64,000 bases of DNA from the NCBI RefSeq assembly GCF_006345805.1, contig NW_021835458.1:1-64000 (forward strand). Reading direction: 5' to 3'. This document shows, piece by piece, positions 24,151 to 38,012 of the stretch. Numbering within the stretch: position 1 is the stretch's first letter; each line of letters starts with the position of its first letter. A program made the position numbers and the translations under genes. The notes beneath the pieces were generated by a model, which was not told where the DNA came from, did not search any database, and saw only the letters and a program-made list of their open reading frames with translations. The stretch is from Octopus sinensis. Its lineage: Eukaryota.

Positions 24151-24976
24151 TAAAAATTCAATTACAAATCACAACTTGAAGCCTGGATGTCTCTTGATAA
24201 CTTCTGACTCAACAATGCAAATACTAATTTATTTGTAAATATAAAAGCTGTCAAACTCATATGTCTGGTTGTGACTTTCCACCACACACACACACACACT
24301 CTCACCCTTTCACACACACACACTCATACCTGTACGCGTGCGCATACACACACATACACAGACACACGCACTATACATACTAACATTCATACACACGTAA
24401 AGACAATTTCTAGCGACCAGGTTAGGTATACATACCTGCAACAAACAGAATATCAAATGTTTACTTCCCACAAACATACACACATCATGCGTATATGCAA
24501 TTTCATTTTGCACACACACAAAAACACACACATATACACATACATAGAGCTGCTCAACACACTGATGCAAATTCATGCTTACACAAAGAACAAAAGCTTG
24601 AATCAGTTTTCGTAGCTAGACATGTTATATAACTAATTAACTTGAACAATATAAAACAAGCAATTTATTTCAAGTTACTTTTTATAGATTAGATTTTATC
24701 GATTACAGAATACAAAGAAACGATATGGAATCATTTTATTAGTATAATAACTAAATTAATATCATTCTCAATAATATTCAATATTAAATGTGTGAAAGTC
24801 ACAAAAGCAACCAGCGCTTTGAACTGAGGCGACCACCAGAAACTTCTCGTCTACATAACCAGACTGAACATTGAATAGCTTACAACGTGTCCAGACTAAC
24901 AGTGAAATTCATGTGATTGACATAAATTCAGTTTTTGGAATGAATAAAGTTGCTCTCAGCTTAAGAAAGTATTATA

Positions 24977-25170
24977 CGAGGGCGGTGCTGAAGAGTTCCA
25001 GGTTTTAAGGTTATCGTGAAAGGCTTTGATAGACGCCCAGCCTCCAGAGTTCTTTAACAGGACTTAGAAAAATTGAACGACCGTTGCAATAAGTGTGTGT
25101 GAATCTGAGAGGGGAATATGGTGAATAAAATCATAATTAACTGATCCTCATGTATTTTCTTTTACGGAAA
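24977..25170 (+). mobile_element. Mariner-derived non-autonomous fragment
   Basis: TA|CGAGGGCGGTGCTGAA start. Internal CGTTGCAATAAGTGTGTG..GGGGAATATGGTGAATAA resembles the mariner transposase C-terminus (KCV..GEY.E*). Confidence 0.55.
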
Positions 25171-25379
25171 GTAAGTATTAAGGTGGATTTATGCACTAAA
25201 CCGTTGAAGGTCGTGCTGTAGCTTGGCCGCAGTAGAATGGCGGCAATGAATAAAACATAAAGGATAAAACATATGCATGGATACAAATACCAATACATGA
25301 TTTCGATTGTGCGTATCATTTATGACAAGATAATTACATAGGTGCTTATATCGACACACTTCGCGAACAAACATCCATG

Positions 25380-25469
<90 letters not shown>

Positions 25470-25813
25470 TATATATATATATATAATACAAAATGGGACA
25501 AGAACGCAAAACATCCGGAGAGTTAGGTGATACAAAAATGGGACAACAGAACATCCAGATAGACGATGCAAAGTAAAATAAGGACGGCTCATTCGAAGTT
25601 TTCTTTCCTCAGTCAAGTACCAGATTATCTTCGCAATTTCGGCTGATTATACTTGAGATTGCTCCAATTTGGCCAGCCCAAAGGACAAACTAAGCTAAGA
25701 GCATTAGATTCCTTGGAAGAAAACAACAAGTGTATACAAAAACAAGGAAGGAAAAGACGGACAATGTTACAAAAATACAATAAAAATAATAACAGGACAT
25801 AACAACAGGTGTC

Positions 25814-25862
<49 letters not shown>

Positions 25863-27537
25863 AAGAGACATAAGCAAGACTCATATATCTATGCGATAAA
25901 AAATAATTGTCAGTGAGAAATTAGTGTCAATGACTCAACGTAACATCAGATATATTTAGAAATACATCGGTTTTTGACAAGAAAATATATTTATGGAGTT
26001 GTTAATTTATTTACAAATCATGTTTATGACAAAATTTATTAGAGGCGTGGCTAGTGATTTTATATCACAGTCAATGGTATTTAGCTACGTTATAAAATTC
26101 ACTTTGTTTTGTACACCTACACAATTCCAAATAAATCTTCCAATTTGCTTTGTCTAGCATTCGCTGTGAGCTTTGGCTTAACCCCTGAACTTATAGTAGA
26201 AACGGAATAGTGCAGGCGACAACAATCTATCATTTTTTTAAATGGTTACCGCTACGATGTTACATCCGCCATTGCATACGAATTTTGACTCTGTCTACCG
26301 TGATTGTTTGACATGATAAAAGCAGCGGATAAATATTCCGAAATCATTACCTCTCATCTTAAATCAAGAAAGATTCGTCGCAAAATACATTTGTGATTAT
26401 TCAAAAGACAGCAGGCTAAAAAAGACTGGAATGGCATCAATCAGTAAGTCTGACTTGCCAAAGTTGAGGTGGTGGTAAATATCAACAAGAATAAAAACTG
26501 AATAGGAATCCAGTAAGCAGATGTTCGTTCTTAGACAAATATCAATCAGCCAGGTCTTCGAATGTCACCACTGACTGAACTGACCTATGATCAACCACAA
26601 TCATCCCGTCTTTCTATGTGCCAGAAACTTAATTCCTTGAATTCGTCCTTAAAACAAGATAGTGTCGTTTTAGAGAGATCAGGAACATAGCATTTTCACA
26701 CTGAGCAATCACATGGATGTTGTCTCGTTCTCTTTACACCGAAACTGTCAAACTAGGAAAAAACTTTCGGAAAAGAATTTATTCTTGACTAACGATCAAC
26801 GTTGTACGCTGTCGATCCGAAGCATTACCGAGAACTATATTTTATCAACCTCTCACCAACTAACCCATACTCACCTCCATCACAGCGTTCTACCTTGAAT
26901 TGATTTTCACCGGTCAACTCTGTCTCAACGAAATAGGGTCCGAAAACTTGATTCCCTTTTCCCAGACACATAAACTACTCGTGTATCTCACAATTCTTTC
27001 TTCATTTATTTACCCTACTTTTCGGTCAGATTCATCCTACCCCAAACATCTTATATTATATTCCAGTACCATGACATTTTCCTGTTCTATTTTGTTATCC
27101 ATAACCCTTCGTCTCCAGTAATATTCTTAAAGCCGGTCATAAAACCGAGTTTCAAGTCACCGACCGCTTTGATTAGATCTCTTCCGTCTTTATTTACTGC
27201 ATTACTTGTAAGTTATTTAAATCTCTAAACGATAGTTGAATAGAATATCGATTAGCTTTCCGGTTTCCAAAATTAGTCACGGAAGTGTTCCATAATTTCC
27301 TGGAAACCGCGAAATCCTCACAACACTTTACGGTTAACTCTCACTGCTCTAATACTAATAGGACTATATAGGAAAATAAATTGCTTTTGAGAGAGGATAA
27401 TTTCCATGCGATAAATCCATGTAATAACTCATAATACTGAAAAGGATAATAACACATTTATCTTGTCTGAAGGTGCTGGCTTCGCTGCTGGCTTCGCTGC
27501 TGGCTTCGCTGCTTCTCACGTCCAATATTTCTAATAA

Positions 27538-29826
27538 CACCGCTCAACAAAATTAAATGTATTATACTGATTATGAATGCTAACCAACTCTTTTATAATA
27601 CTTTTTCGTGCTGGTTTCAAAATGTCATTCCATTTGTATGCAGCACATATCAGTTTTTCTGTAGATACATGCAAATATTTACATATTTGTATATATGAAA
27701 TCATTAACGTAATAAATTAGGAATATTATTTTCTATAAATCAAATGAGTTTATTGAGATAAAAATCATCACTATCATTGTAGAAAGAGTGAATACACAAA
27801 ACATGGGTCAGACGAAACAAAGTTAGAAAAACAGAGTTAGAAACATTGTGATTTGGATATCCTGCGGTGTTCTTGATCTGGTTGATCACGGTAAAGTGTC
27901 CAGCAATAGTCAACCAGCATACTGTCATTCCAGAAGCCTTGGTACCGTTTCTCTATAGCACTAATGTCCGGGTGAAATGTTTTACCATGTTCATCAGACA
28001 GTGCTCCAGGGTTATCTGCGAAGAAATCCAGATGGGAGTCCAAGAAGTGAACTTTCAGTGCCATGCGATAACCCATTGCTGAATAACATTTCAAAAGACT
28101 CTTGATGCCATCCTTGTAGTCCATTGCCTTCTTGTTGCCCAAGAAATTCTCACAGATCCAAATGAAAGTATTCCAGGACAGCAGTTCGAGTTCATCCAGA
28201 GTTGTCTTGGAATTCACATCTTTGAGTATTTCTCTAATTTGGGGAACGACAAAGATAACCTCTTTCAGCTTCGTCTGAGTGATTTTGAGAAGCTTTTCTA
28301 TGATATACTCAAACCCTCTGGCATTTCTCTTCCCTAGGCTCTTTACAAACTGCTTCATCAGTCCAAGCTTTATGTGCAAAGGAGGCAATAGGACTTTACA
28401 CGGATCTACAAAGGGCGTATTCATGAGTTAGACAGTCTTGGCTGGTATGATGTTCTTGTCTGCCAATTTGATTCCGAATAATGTCTGTCCGTTGACCGAC
28501 TATCTCATAGACACAAGAAACAACAGTATTTTGTGAAATCTGACTGCATTCCTATCAAAATTCAATGACTTTTAAATCTCCACATTTTCCATGAGTATCT
28601 TTGATAGACAATGAATTATATTCTCATATAATTCATAAGGATGGACGGAGTGTGCAATAGGAATTGGATCGCTTCAAATTACCATTATGGAGAAGTACAG
28701 CTTTTAAACTTCATTTTGAAGATCCAATAAACAAACGCCATTCTGCAGGATCATGATTTTGTGATAAACATTCGAAAAGTCCATCGATGTTACTGCAAAA
28801 GCAAAGCGTGTCGTCAACAAAAACACGTTTGTAGAACCAAATCTCTTTGCCGAAAATAAATTATACGAACACCGTACTCTAGAAGATATTTCTCCTTCAG
28901 TCTTGATGCCAACTGTTCTGCTTTATCTTTTGAGGGATAAGTTTCTGACAAGATCATTCAGTTCAGCTTGGGAAAATTTCTGAGGTTCAAAGCTATCGCC
29001 ATCAGCCACGTAATCTTTCTCAGTAGTACCATGCTGACAGTCAGCATCATCATCTGATGTCTGAATACCATCATCTGGTGGAACTGGAATTGGCAGACTT
29101 CCATTGTGAGGCGCAGGTCTCAATGCAGAATCCAAATCCGGATACACAATTTTGTGTTTATCTTTCATAGAAAATCCTGTGACATACTTTGCGAATATAA
29201 GTCATTGAAATACTCTTTCGACTTCCTCCATATCACTGGAATGGTAAAAAGGTATGGACTTATCATTACTGAACCAGTAACATAAGCCATTTGAGAAAGC
29301 TGAGCAGCAGACCAAATGAGGTCCCCATAACTTGTCCTGACCTCCAAGAAGACAGTCAAAGTATAGTTTATAAATATTCTTGATCTCTGGTGTAATTGTA
29401 CGTTTTTGGGCTTTCACAATAAATTGTCCACAGACATAACAAAACCCATCAGGACGATTTCTACGCTGTCTTGACATTGCTAATACTGTAATACAATTAA
29501 GGAAATAGATTCAAACGGTTAGAGTTATATTGAATTTGAGGTGATGAAATATTTCATCAGACCAAGTATGACTGGACAATTTGATATGTTGAAATACCTA
29601 TTTCATCAGAGAAAACTTGATTGATCAAATATTGCACCTGAACTGTGCAGCAATGAATAATGTAGTTTATCTTAAAGGTATGTTTCCATGATGTTTATGA
29701 AATACATACGTACATATCATTAATTAGAATTTCTATATAATGCGTGAGCTAAAACCAAAAATACTTTCTCATCGGCATGAAAAACTACACCAAGTACAAT
29801 CGATGAAAATTACTTGTTGACCAGTG
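27538..29826 (-). mobile_element. Chapaev3-like (CMC superfamily) DNA transposon, full length (2289 bp), decayed
   Basis: Ends CACCGCTCAACAA and TTGTTGACCAGTG form a 13-bp imperfect TIR. TAA flanks both ends (27535-27537, 29827-29829). Confidence 0.85.
27837..29477 (-). pseudogene. Chapaev3-like transposase, frameshifted
   Basis: N-terminal FCYVCG..YFDCLLGGQDKLWGPH; central YPDLDSALRPAPH..LPIPVPP and SQAELNDLVR; C-terminal LPPLHIKLGLMKQFVK, LKVHFLDSHLDFF, SDEHG..FH.DI..IEKRYQG, DYCW. Split over several frames. Confidence 0.85.
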
Positions 29827-30429
29827 TAATATGGATCCAGAAAAATCATCCGTGCGTTAAGATGTTATGCTTTCTTGAACATCCTGTCATTCTGCCCCTG
29901 GTTAAGGCCGAGTAGATATGCATACATATCGAAGTACTTAAAGAAACATTCGAAGACCACTATTCCTGTAAATTTATGCTCATCGATGTCTACACATCTA
30001 AATTTAGTAACCTGTCCTATTTGAAAATATGAGACGCACCCGAAGTGAACTCAAACAACATTTTTGTGCAGTTCCTACTCTGTATATGGCCGCGCTGGTC
30101 GGGAAAATAGGGCAGTGAGAGAGAAATATATACGTTAGTCTCGAAGAAGGGAGCTTAAAACGATCTTTATGATTGAATGTGTGATCTTTAAACGATGCCT
30201 CTAGAAATGCTTCTGTCCGTTGTTGACCTCATTGATCCCAGATCATTTGGGAAATTATCAGTCTTCGAATTCACGGGAAGTTTTCACTTTTTCTCTTCAA
30301 TCCCACATCATTGTTTTTATGTTTTGTGCAAACCACCCTCTATGCGATTTTTTCTTGTTTTTTTTTCTTTTTACATCAAAGTTTTATGTCGTTAAATTTA
30401 ATTATTGTCATTGTTGAAATTACGGGAGT

Positions 30430-30960
30430 AAGTGTTCTTGACGATGTTAGGATAAATGTGTTGCTGGCAAAACTGAATGATTTGTGAGCTTTTTATGGTC
30501 TCGTCTACTTTTCAAATCACTTTTTTTTCTACATGTGGCGACCGGCAATCCTTTAATTTGTTGCTGCATATTTGTTGCCTTTATATTCGTTCCTGTGACG
30601 TGGTCCACCTTTGTCAATTGACGGAGGTTGGTAGGAGCTTGCGTGATATATATGTTTGTGAATGTTTGCAAAATTTCTGATTTTACAGGTGGTGTTTTTC
30701 TAATGGAAAAGACTCCCTTCCAGAGATTCTTACTTTCCATATCTTAAGAGCGGCTTGGTGCCTTGCATTTGTTGACGTTGCTGCTTTCTTTTGCAATACT
30801 TGTTGCTCATATTCTACAGCTCCTCTCTTTGGTTTGTTGCTAATGTTACATCTGTGATTCCTGTTCATGTGGTTAGCAAGTATAGAGCAAAGGAATGCTT
30901 TTGTCTTCAGATGGTTCATCCTACTGAATGTGTAGCATCTGGGTGCCCTGCTGTCAACCA
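30430..30960 (-). pseudogene. Possible R4-like LINE remnant (region upstream of RT)
   Basis: KNLWKGV...PP and KKLTNH loosely resemble R4-clade pre-RT segments. Frameshifted. Confidence 0.3.
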
Positions 30961-30974
30961 CAATAATTATTACC

Positions 30975-31208
30975 TATTTCTTTATTACCCACAAGGGGCT
31001 AAACACAGAGGGGACAAACAAGGACAGACAAAGGGATTAAGTCGATTATATCGACCCCAGTGCGTAACTGGTGCTTAATTTATCGACCCCGAAAGGATGA
31101 AAGGCAAAGTCGACCTCGGCGGAATTTGAACTCACAACGTAACGGCAGACGAAATACTGCAAAGCATTTCGCCCGGCGTGCTAACGCTTCTGCCAGCTCG
31201 CCGCCTTA
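30975..31208 (-). mobile_element. SINE family B monomer
   Basis: Complete head + one unit. TSD AATTATTACC at 30965-30974 and 31211-31220. Confidence 0.9.
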
Positions 31209-31529
31209 ACAATTATTACCGTTCTATCCTCCCAATAGATGAAGTTGGGTACCTTTTTCATGTTCCCCGACACGAGCAGTATCTACAAATTTATTCTTCA
31301 TTTTGACTTGCTTTTTCTGGGAAGAAATTTCGACCTTACAATTTTTCCGTTTTCCTCCAAGACCAAAAACTGTTTTATTCAGAAACAAGTGAAGATATGG
31401 TCATGCGTTTATATATTACATTTTTACACAACTTCACTAATGAAGTGATTTTGTATGCAAAGATGAAATAAATAACGGCAGTAAATCTTACATCGGCTCA
31501 ACTTCTATTAAAAAAAACAATTTTTTATA

Positions 31530-31950
31530 GGCGCAGGAGTGGCTGTGTGGTAAGTAGCCTGTCTACCAACCACATGATTCCGGGTTCAGTCCCACTGCGT
31601 GGCACCTTGGGCAAGTGTCTTCTACTATAGCCTCGGACCGACCAAAGCCTTGTGAGTGGATTTGGTAGACGGAAACTGAAAGAAGCCCGTCGTATATATG
31701 TATATATATATATATATATGCATGTGTGTGTTTGTGTGTCTGTGTTTGTCCCTCTAGCATTGGTTGACAACCGATGCTGGTGTGTTTATGTCCCTGTCAC
31801 TTAGCGGTTCGGCAAAAGAGACCGATAGAATAAGTACTGGGCCTACAAAAGAATAAGTTCCGGGGTCGATTTGCTCGACTAAAAGGCGGTGCTCCAGCAT
31901 GGCCGCAGTCAAATGACTGAAACAAGTAAAAGAGAAAAATAGGAAAAGAG
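31530..31950 (+). mobile_element. SINE family A, full length
   Basis: Same head, body and tail. Confidence 0.9.
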
Positions 31951-32492
31951 TAATTTACCGCGCATAAACATACCTTTAGACACATCAAAGTAATGCATGC
32001 AACATTTTAACAAACATTTGTGGTCTTTAAATTCATAGGAAATAGAATTATATTTGAATGGCATTTCATACGTATTGCTTGTCAATAAAGGGGATAAGGT
32101 GGAGTGGACATTATGTGCATTAAACAGTAAAAGGAAATTACTGTTCCATGTATCCACAAAAATAAATAAAGTATCTGGAAGCTTTCAACTTCTACAAGCC
32201 CGAGAATAGTTAAATTTAACAATACTAAATAAAAATTTCAAACCGGTAATAAAATATTGTATTCTTCAGAAAAAACATTTAACTAGTCTAAAAGTACATT
32301 AAATGACCTGGGGAAAACTATATATTTATAGTGCAACAAATTTACGATAGCTACGTAAAGTAGCATCCTGGTCTATATCTGCCTATTTCGGATGAACGAA
32401 TATTGTAACTATTCTCTTAATATCAAGAGCTATTTAGTAATACGAGTATTAGAAAATACAGCACAGCGTGTAGGTGTATTTGTTTGTATGTG

Positions 32493-32584
<92 letters not shown>

Positions 32585-32585
<1 letters not shown>

Positions 32586-32926
32586 AGGGTAAAGACCCCC
32601 TTCGGTCATGAATGACCATGGGATTGCACCTAGAAAGTTATCCTCCTAGACACAAGTCCGGGCAAGGTTGTTTATGGAAGGCCAGCAGTCGCCCATGCAT
32701 ACCAGCCTCCCCTCTCCACGCCACCAGTGTTATCCAAGGGAAAGACAAAGGTCGATACAGCTTGGCACTAGTGACATCGCAACTCATTTCTACAGCTGAG
32801 TGAACTGGAGCAACGTGAAATAAAGTGCCTTGCTCGAGAACACACACGCAGCCCGGTCCGGGATTCGAGCTCACAACCTCACGATCGTAAGCTCGACGCT
32901 CTAACCACTGAGCCATGCGCCTTCAC
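32585..32926 (-). mobile_element. SINE family D (tRNA-like head, CORE-like GAGCAAGGCACTTTATTTCACGTTGCTCCAG), full length
   Basis: Minus-strand head GTGAAGGCGCATGGCTCAGTGGTTAGAGCG...GCTCGAATCCC with A- and B-box-like motifs. Confidence 0.85.
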
Positions 32927-32939
32927 ATATATATATATA

Positions 32940-33190
32940 GGCGCAGGAGTGGCTATGTGGTAAGTAGCTTGCTTAACAACCACATGGTTCCGGGTTCAGT
33001 CCCACTGCGTGGCACCTTGGATGAGTGTCTTTTACCATGGCCCCTCGTGCCGACCAAAGCCTTGTGAGTGAATTTGGAAGACGGAAACTGAAAGAAGCCT
33101 GTCGTATATATGTATATATATGTGTGTGTGTTTGTGTGTCTGTGTTTGTCTCTCCCAACATCGCTTGACAACCGATGCTGATGTGTTTAC
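32940..33190 (+). mobile_element. SINE family A, 3'-truncated
   Basis: Head and internal microsatellite present, tail missing. Confidence 0.85.
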
Positions 33191-33328
33191 TACTACTACT
33201 ACTATTACCACTATTAACAGTTGTTCGGCTAACCAAGACAACAGTGAAAATACTGTCACATCTTCTTAGATTGAACTATTAAGACTTTGCAGTTGAGCCA
33301 CGTCGGACCCTAATTGCTTTAGACAAAG

Positions 33329-33648
33329 TCGTGAAATTAACGTGTAAGTGGCTGAGCACTCCACAGACACGTGTACCCTTAACGTAGTTCTCGGGGATAT
33401 TCAGCGTGACACAGAGAGTGACAAGGCCGGCCCTTTGAAATACAGGTACAACAGAAACAGGAAGTAAGAGTGAGAGAAAGTTGTGGTGAAAGAGTACAGC
33501 AGGGATCACCACCATCCCCTGCCGGAGCCTCGTGGAGCTTTAGGTGTTTTCGCTCAATAAATACTCACAACGCCCGGTCTGGGAATCGGGACCGCGATCC
33601 TACGACCGTGAGTCCGCTGCCCTAACCACTGGGCCATTGCGCCTCCAC
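33329..33648 (-). mobile_element. SINE family C (tRNA-derived head), 3'-truncated
   Basis: Minus-strand GTGGAGGCGCAATGGCCCAGTGGTTAGGGCAGCGGACTC...CGATTCCCAGACC. Matches 41800-42140. Confidence 0.85.
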
Positions 33649-34097
33649 TAATAAGCAGAAACGAAAGAGTAAATAATTCAGAATATTTCAACCTAAACTG
33701 AACTTACATCGTAGAATTATTAGGTGTCTAAGACATATATAAGAATGTTTGAAACTTTAGTTTTAAGTAGGTGACATCTGGTGTATAACACGCGTGGGTA
33801 GTTCATTTGAATTAATCTTCTAAAGCCGTGTGGTGTTTTCTGCTAAAACGAAAATAGCTTTACAGAAAACTATTCGCCCAGGGTTAGTCGAATTTGGAGA
33901 GAGAAATGCAGTAATTTAATTTCATATGATTACATTTTTCCAACATTATTTAATTATATAATGTAGGCTACGAAAGTATTCGATAGCTGAAACAAAATGC
34001 TATGGAAGAAAGAGTAGCGAAAGAAGAAATAAATGCAAGGAATCATAGGAACAGACTATAAATAGTGGAACATCAACAACAAATGGAGTAAATAGCC

Positions 34098-34146
34098 ATG
34101 AGCAAGTTGAAGGCAATTGCTGCGCAAAGTTTGCGGCTACTTGCAG
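34098..34146 (+). CDS. Candidate first coding exon, MSKLKAIAAQSLRLLA(G), unknown gene
   Basis: GCCATGA context, in-frame upstream TAA, donor CAG|GTAATT at 34146/34147, possible acceptor TGTAG| at 33966. No homology recognised. Confidence 0.2.
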
Positions 34147-34213
34147 GTAATTACCGACACCTGTAATTCGCCGGATAATTTCAGTCGCTAGTCACGAGTA
34201 AAGGAATTCAGTG

Positions 34214-34266
<53 letters not shown>

Positions 34267-34289
34267 TATGTATGTATGTATATATATAT

Positions 34290-34332
<43 letters not shown>

Positions 34333-34342
34333 TATATATATA

Positions 34343-34507
34343 GGCGCAGGAGTGGCTGTTTGGTAAGTAGCTTGCTAACCAACCACATGGTTCCGGGTTC
34401 AGTCCCACTGCGTGGCATCTTGGGCAAGTGTCTTCTGCTATAGCCCCGGGCCGACCAATGCCTTGTGAGTGGATTTGGTAGACGGAAACTGAAAGAAGCC
34501 CGTCGTA

Positions 34508-34550
<43 letters not shown>

Positions 34551-34768
34551 ATGTTTGTGTGTCTGTGTTTGTCCCCCTAGCATTGCTTGACAACCGATGC
34601 TGGTGTGTTTACGTCCCCGTCACTTAGCGGTTCGGCAAAAGAGACCGATAGAATAAGTACTGGGCTTACAAAGAATAAGTCCCGGGGTCCGATTTGCTCG
34701 ACTAAAGGCGGTGCTCCAGCATGGCCGCAGTCAAATGACTTAAACAAGTAAAAAGAGAAAAAAGAGTA
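34343..34768 (+). mobile_element. SINE family A, full length
   Basis: Same head, body and tail. Confidence 0.9.
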
Positions 34769-34784
34769 ATATATATATATATAT

Positions 34785-34824
<40 letters not shown>

Positions 34825-35011
34825 ATATATATATAATATATATATATATGTATGTATGTATGTAATGTATGTATGTATGTATGTATGTATATATGTATGT
34901 TTATAAATTCATATGTGTGTGTGGGGGGAGGATATGTGATTGGCATAGCAATTTTTAAATTCCCCTTCACATATTCTAAAATAGGTTGTATTACCTATTG
35001 TATTACTATTT

Positions 35012-35535
35012 AGTGCTAAGATTCGTTAGCACGCCGGGCGTAATGTTTAGTGGCATTTCGTCTGCCCTTACGTTCAGAGTTCAAATTCCGCCGAGGTCGA
35101 CTTTGCCTTTCAGCCTTTCGGGGTCGATAAATTAAGTACCAGTTACGCACTGGGGTCGATGTAATCGACTTAATACCTATGTCTGTCCTTGTTTGTCCCA
35201 TCTATGTTTAGCCCCTTGTGAGTAGTAAAGAAATAGGTATTACATGTCCTTACGTTCTAAGTTCAAATTCCGCCGAGGTCTACTTTGCCTTTCATCGTTT
35301 CAGGGTCGAAAAAATGAATTACTAGTTACGCACTGGGGTCGATATAATCGATTTAATCCGTGTGTCTGTCCTTGTTTGTCCTCTCTGTGTTTAGCCCCTT
35401 GTGTGTAGTAAAGAAATAGGTATTTCGCCTGTCCTTACGTTCTGAGTTCAAATTCTCGCCGCGGTCGACTTCGCCTTTCATCTTTTCGGGGTCGGTAAAT
35501 TAAATACCAGTTACGCACTGGGGTCGATCTAATCG
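35012..35535 (+). mobile_element. SINE family B concatemer (about 3 units)
   Basis: Units joined at GTAGTAAAGAAATAG|GTATT. Confidence 0.85.
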
Positions 35536-35717
35536 ACTGGCAACCTGCTCAAATATTTCTGGATTTGTGCTTACAGTAGAAAAGTTCTGCCTGAAGAATA
35601 TAATTGAGGTAATTCTCAAACTATTAGTATTAGTTAAAGCGTCCTTTAAATAATATTTACCTCTCACCAGATGGAGTACATTTTTTATTGAATTTTCTAT
35701 CACGAAACTCTCTCTCT

Positions 35718-35837
35718 CTCTTTACTCTTTTACTTGTTTCAGTCATTTGACTGCGGCCATGCTGGAGCACCGCCTTTGGTCGAGCAAATCGACCCCGGGA
35801 CTTATTCTTTGTAAGCCCAGTACTTATTCTATCGGTC
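35718..35837 (-). mobile_element. SINE family A 3' fragment
   Basis: Reverse complement of the tail module. Confidence 0.8.
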
Positions 35838-36049
35838 TATTATATGTATATTTTTTATATATATATATATATATATATGTACACACACACACACACCACA
35901 CACACCAACACACACACACACACACACCACACACACACACACATACACACATATATATGTGGGGGGGGGCCGAGCCGCTGAAATTTCTGTTTATTTTCTC
36001 TTTATTCCTTTCTGTTTGAAGAGAAAAAACTTTTGCATTTTCCTGAGCG

Positions 36050-36340
36050 TCAAACTAATGCACTTGCTTTCGAAATTAACACTGAGGTCTCCTGTTTCTT
36101 AGACGTTAGGCTCGACCTAAGGACAAATCTATACCACCCTTTCTATAAGCCTAACATATCTCTACAATAGATAAATCTCCCCTCTAATCACCCTAAATTT
36201 ACACTTAATAGCGTTATCAAAGGCATATCTATCAGAATCTTTAACTTAACTACTGACGAAGAAATTTCGTCAGGTCCCCCAAATAAGTGGTTTCCGCGAA
36301 AAACGTTTATTATATCTCCAACACTAAGCTTAAAACTAAA
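36050..36340 (+). pseudogene. Second, distinct PLE RT C-terminal/thumb remnant
   Basis: From 36090: SCFLDVRLDLRTNLYHPFYKPNISLQ*INLPSNHPKFTLNSVIKGISIRIFNLTTDEEI, matching the PLE FLDV..Y.KP...SNHP pattern. Confidence 0.6.
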
Positions 36341-37452
36341 ATAGCACCTTTCTTCTCCCACACTAACCCAGAATCTACGGACGCTACTGCCACTCTACAC
36401 CAAACCAACAACTCCCCACAAAAATACCCTACCGATCACACTCGACCCCAAGACTGACTTCATTACAGGCACAGCACAAGCAGGTGGTAAGGCAGCGAGA
36501 ATGTAGAATCATTAACAAGTCGGACGAAATGCTTAGCGATGTAGCTTCCGGCTCTTTACGTTCTTAGTTTAAATTCTGTTGGAGTAACATTTGCCTTTCA
36601 TCCTTTCTGGAATCAATAAAATAAAATACTAATCAAATACTAGAGTTTATGTAATTGGCTTGTCACTTCCCTCAAAATCGCTATCTTTGAACCTTGCAAC
36701 GGCCTGGCTTTCCACCCAGAGAAAACTATTGTAATCGCGGTCATTGTACGCCATGAAAACTGGGTAACTGACCTTATGAGTCCTAGAGTTAAAAAAATAT
36801 AAGGATTTTTTTGTAGTTTTAAAATCTAAATGAATATGACAGCCAAAAGGAACATATGGGGTTTACGCCTCATACAGCGTCTACTGACAGTGAGATGCAG
36901 AAATAAATTTCACAGACCGAAGCTGTGGTATAAAAAGAGCCGAGATTCCTTCGCAATGCTGATCGAACCAGGAAGTTCTTAATCGCGCCTAGGTATTATG
37001 TTATCCGATCTAATTCACAAAGCCATTAAGCTTTACCACACATCCGTCGTTGCAATCATAGTATAACATACAGGAAAATAACATCTACTGCTTCGCTATT
37101 ATATGCGATTATGATTGGATAAATTTTATCAATATATTTATCACATTCTTTGCAATAGGCGAAAATTTTGTTTCCCTTCCATTAATATATTTCGTTTTTT
37201 TTTCTTTATTTTTTTCCTTTTCCTTTTTTTTTCACAAATAAATGCAAGTCCAGAAATTCCTTATTGAATTTAACATTCCGTTCCGTTTCACAATAGCATC
37301 GATTTTCTTGCTTATCCTAGATCAACAATATCCTTATTATAGAGTCACTGTTACAGCAGTTTTATTCCATTTTTGGTTTTGCTTTGTATATATGCAATTG
37401 TTAACATATGAACATGTATACATGCTTGTGTGTATGTATATATATATATATA

Positions 37453-37503
<51 letters not shown>

Positions 37504-37522
37504 TATATATAATATATATATA

Positions 37523-37567
<45 letters not shown>

Positions 37568-38012
37568 ATATGTATGTATGTATGTATATATATACAATAC
37601 ATATGCATGTTTGTGTGTATGCGTTGAGTGCGATGGCGTATTTATGTACATGTAAGTATGGAAGATTATGTCTATATGCAGTATTTTCCTTTTTTTTCTT
37701 GTGTTCTTCTACCTTATATCATCTGATGCTATTTATAGATAATGCGTGTTAACAGTTTGTGAATCATCACTGCCATTGGTGTGAAACCTAATATTACGTA
37801 AGAATCTATCTTATGCTAAGAAAACAATCGGGTAGTCCAAGGTTCGCATTCCTTCTTGTCCGTTTTATGCTTTACACTTAATCTCAAATCGTACAAACCA
37901 ACGGGGTCTATATGGCCCCTGAAGGTGCATATAATATTTTATTAGGACCACGCTACAAAATAATAAATTGGGAACTCACTATAATATTCTCAGTGCCCCT
38001 GAAAAAATCTTT

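Noticed and set aside
25584-25620. Hammerhead-like motif on the minus strand (CTGAGGA-AAG-aaaa-CTT-CGAAT)
   Set aside because: GAAA is broken and there is no stem I pairing; too degenerate to call.
27470-27515. 12-bp triple repeat encoding AAKPAAKPAAKP on the minus strand
   Set aside because: Short open frame with no clear splice context or homology; probably slippage next to the transposon end.
32850-32926. tRNA-like sequences here and at 33575-33648, 42065-42140 and 52299-52370 as tRNA genes
   Set aside because: They lack a closed acceptor stem and run into shared repeat bodies, so they are SINE heads.
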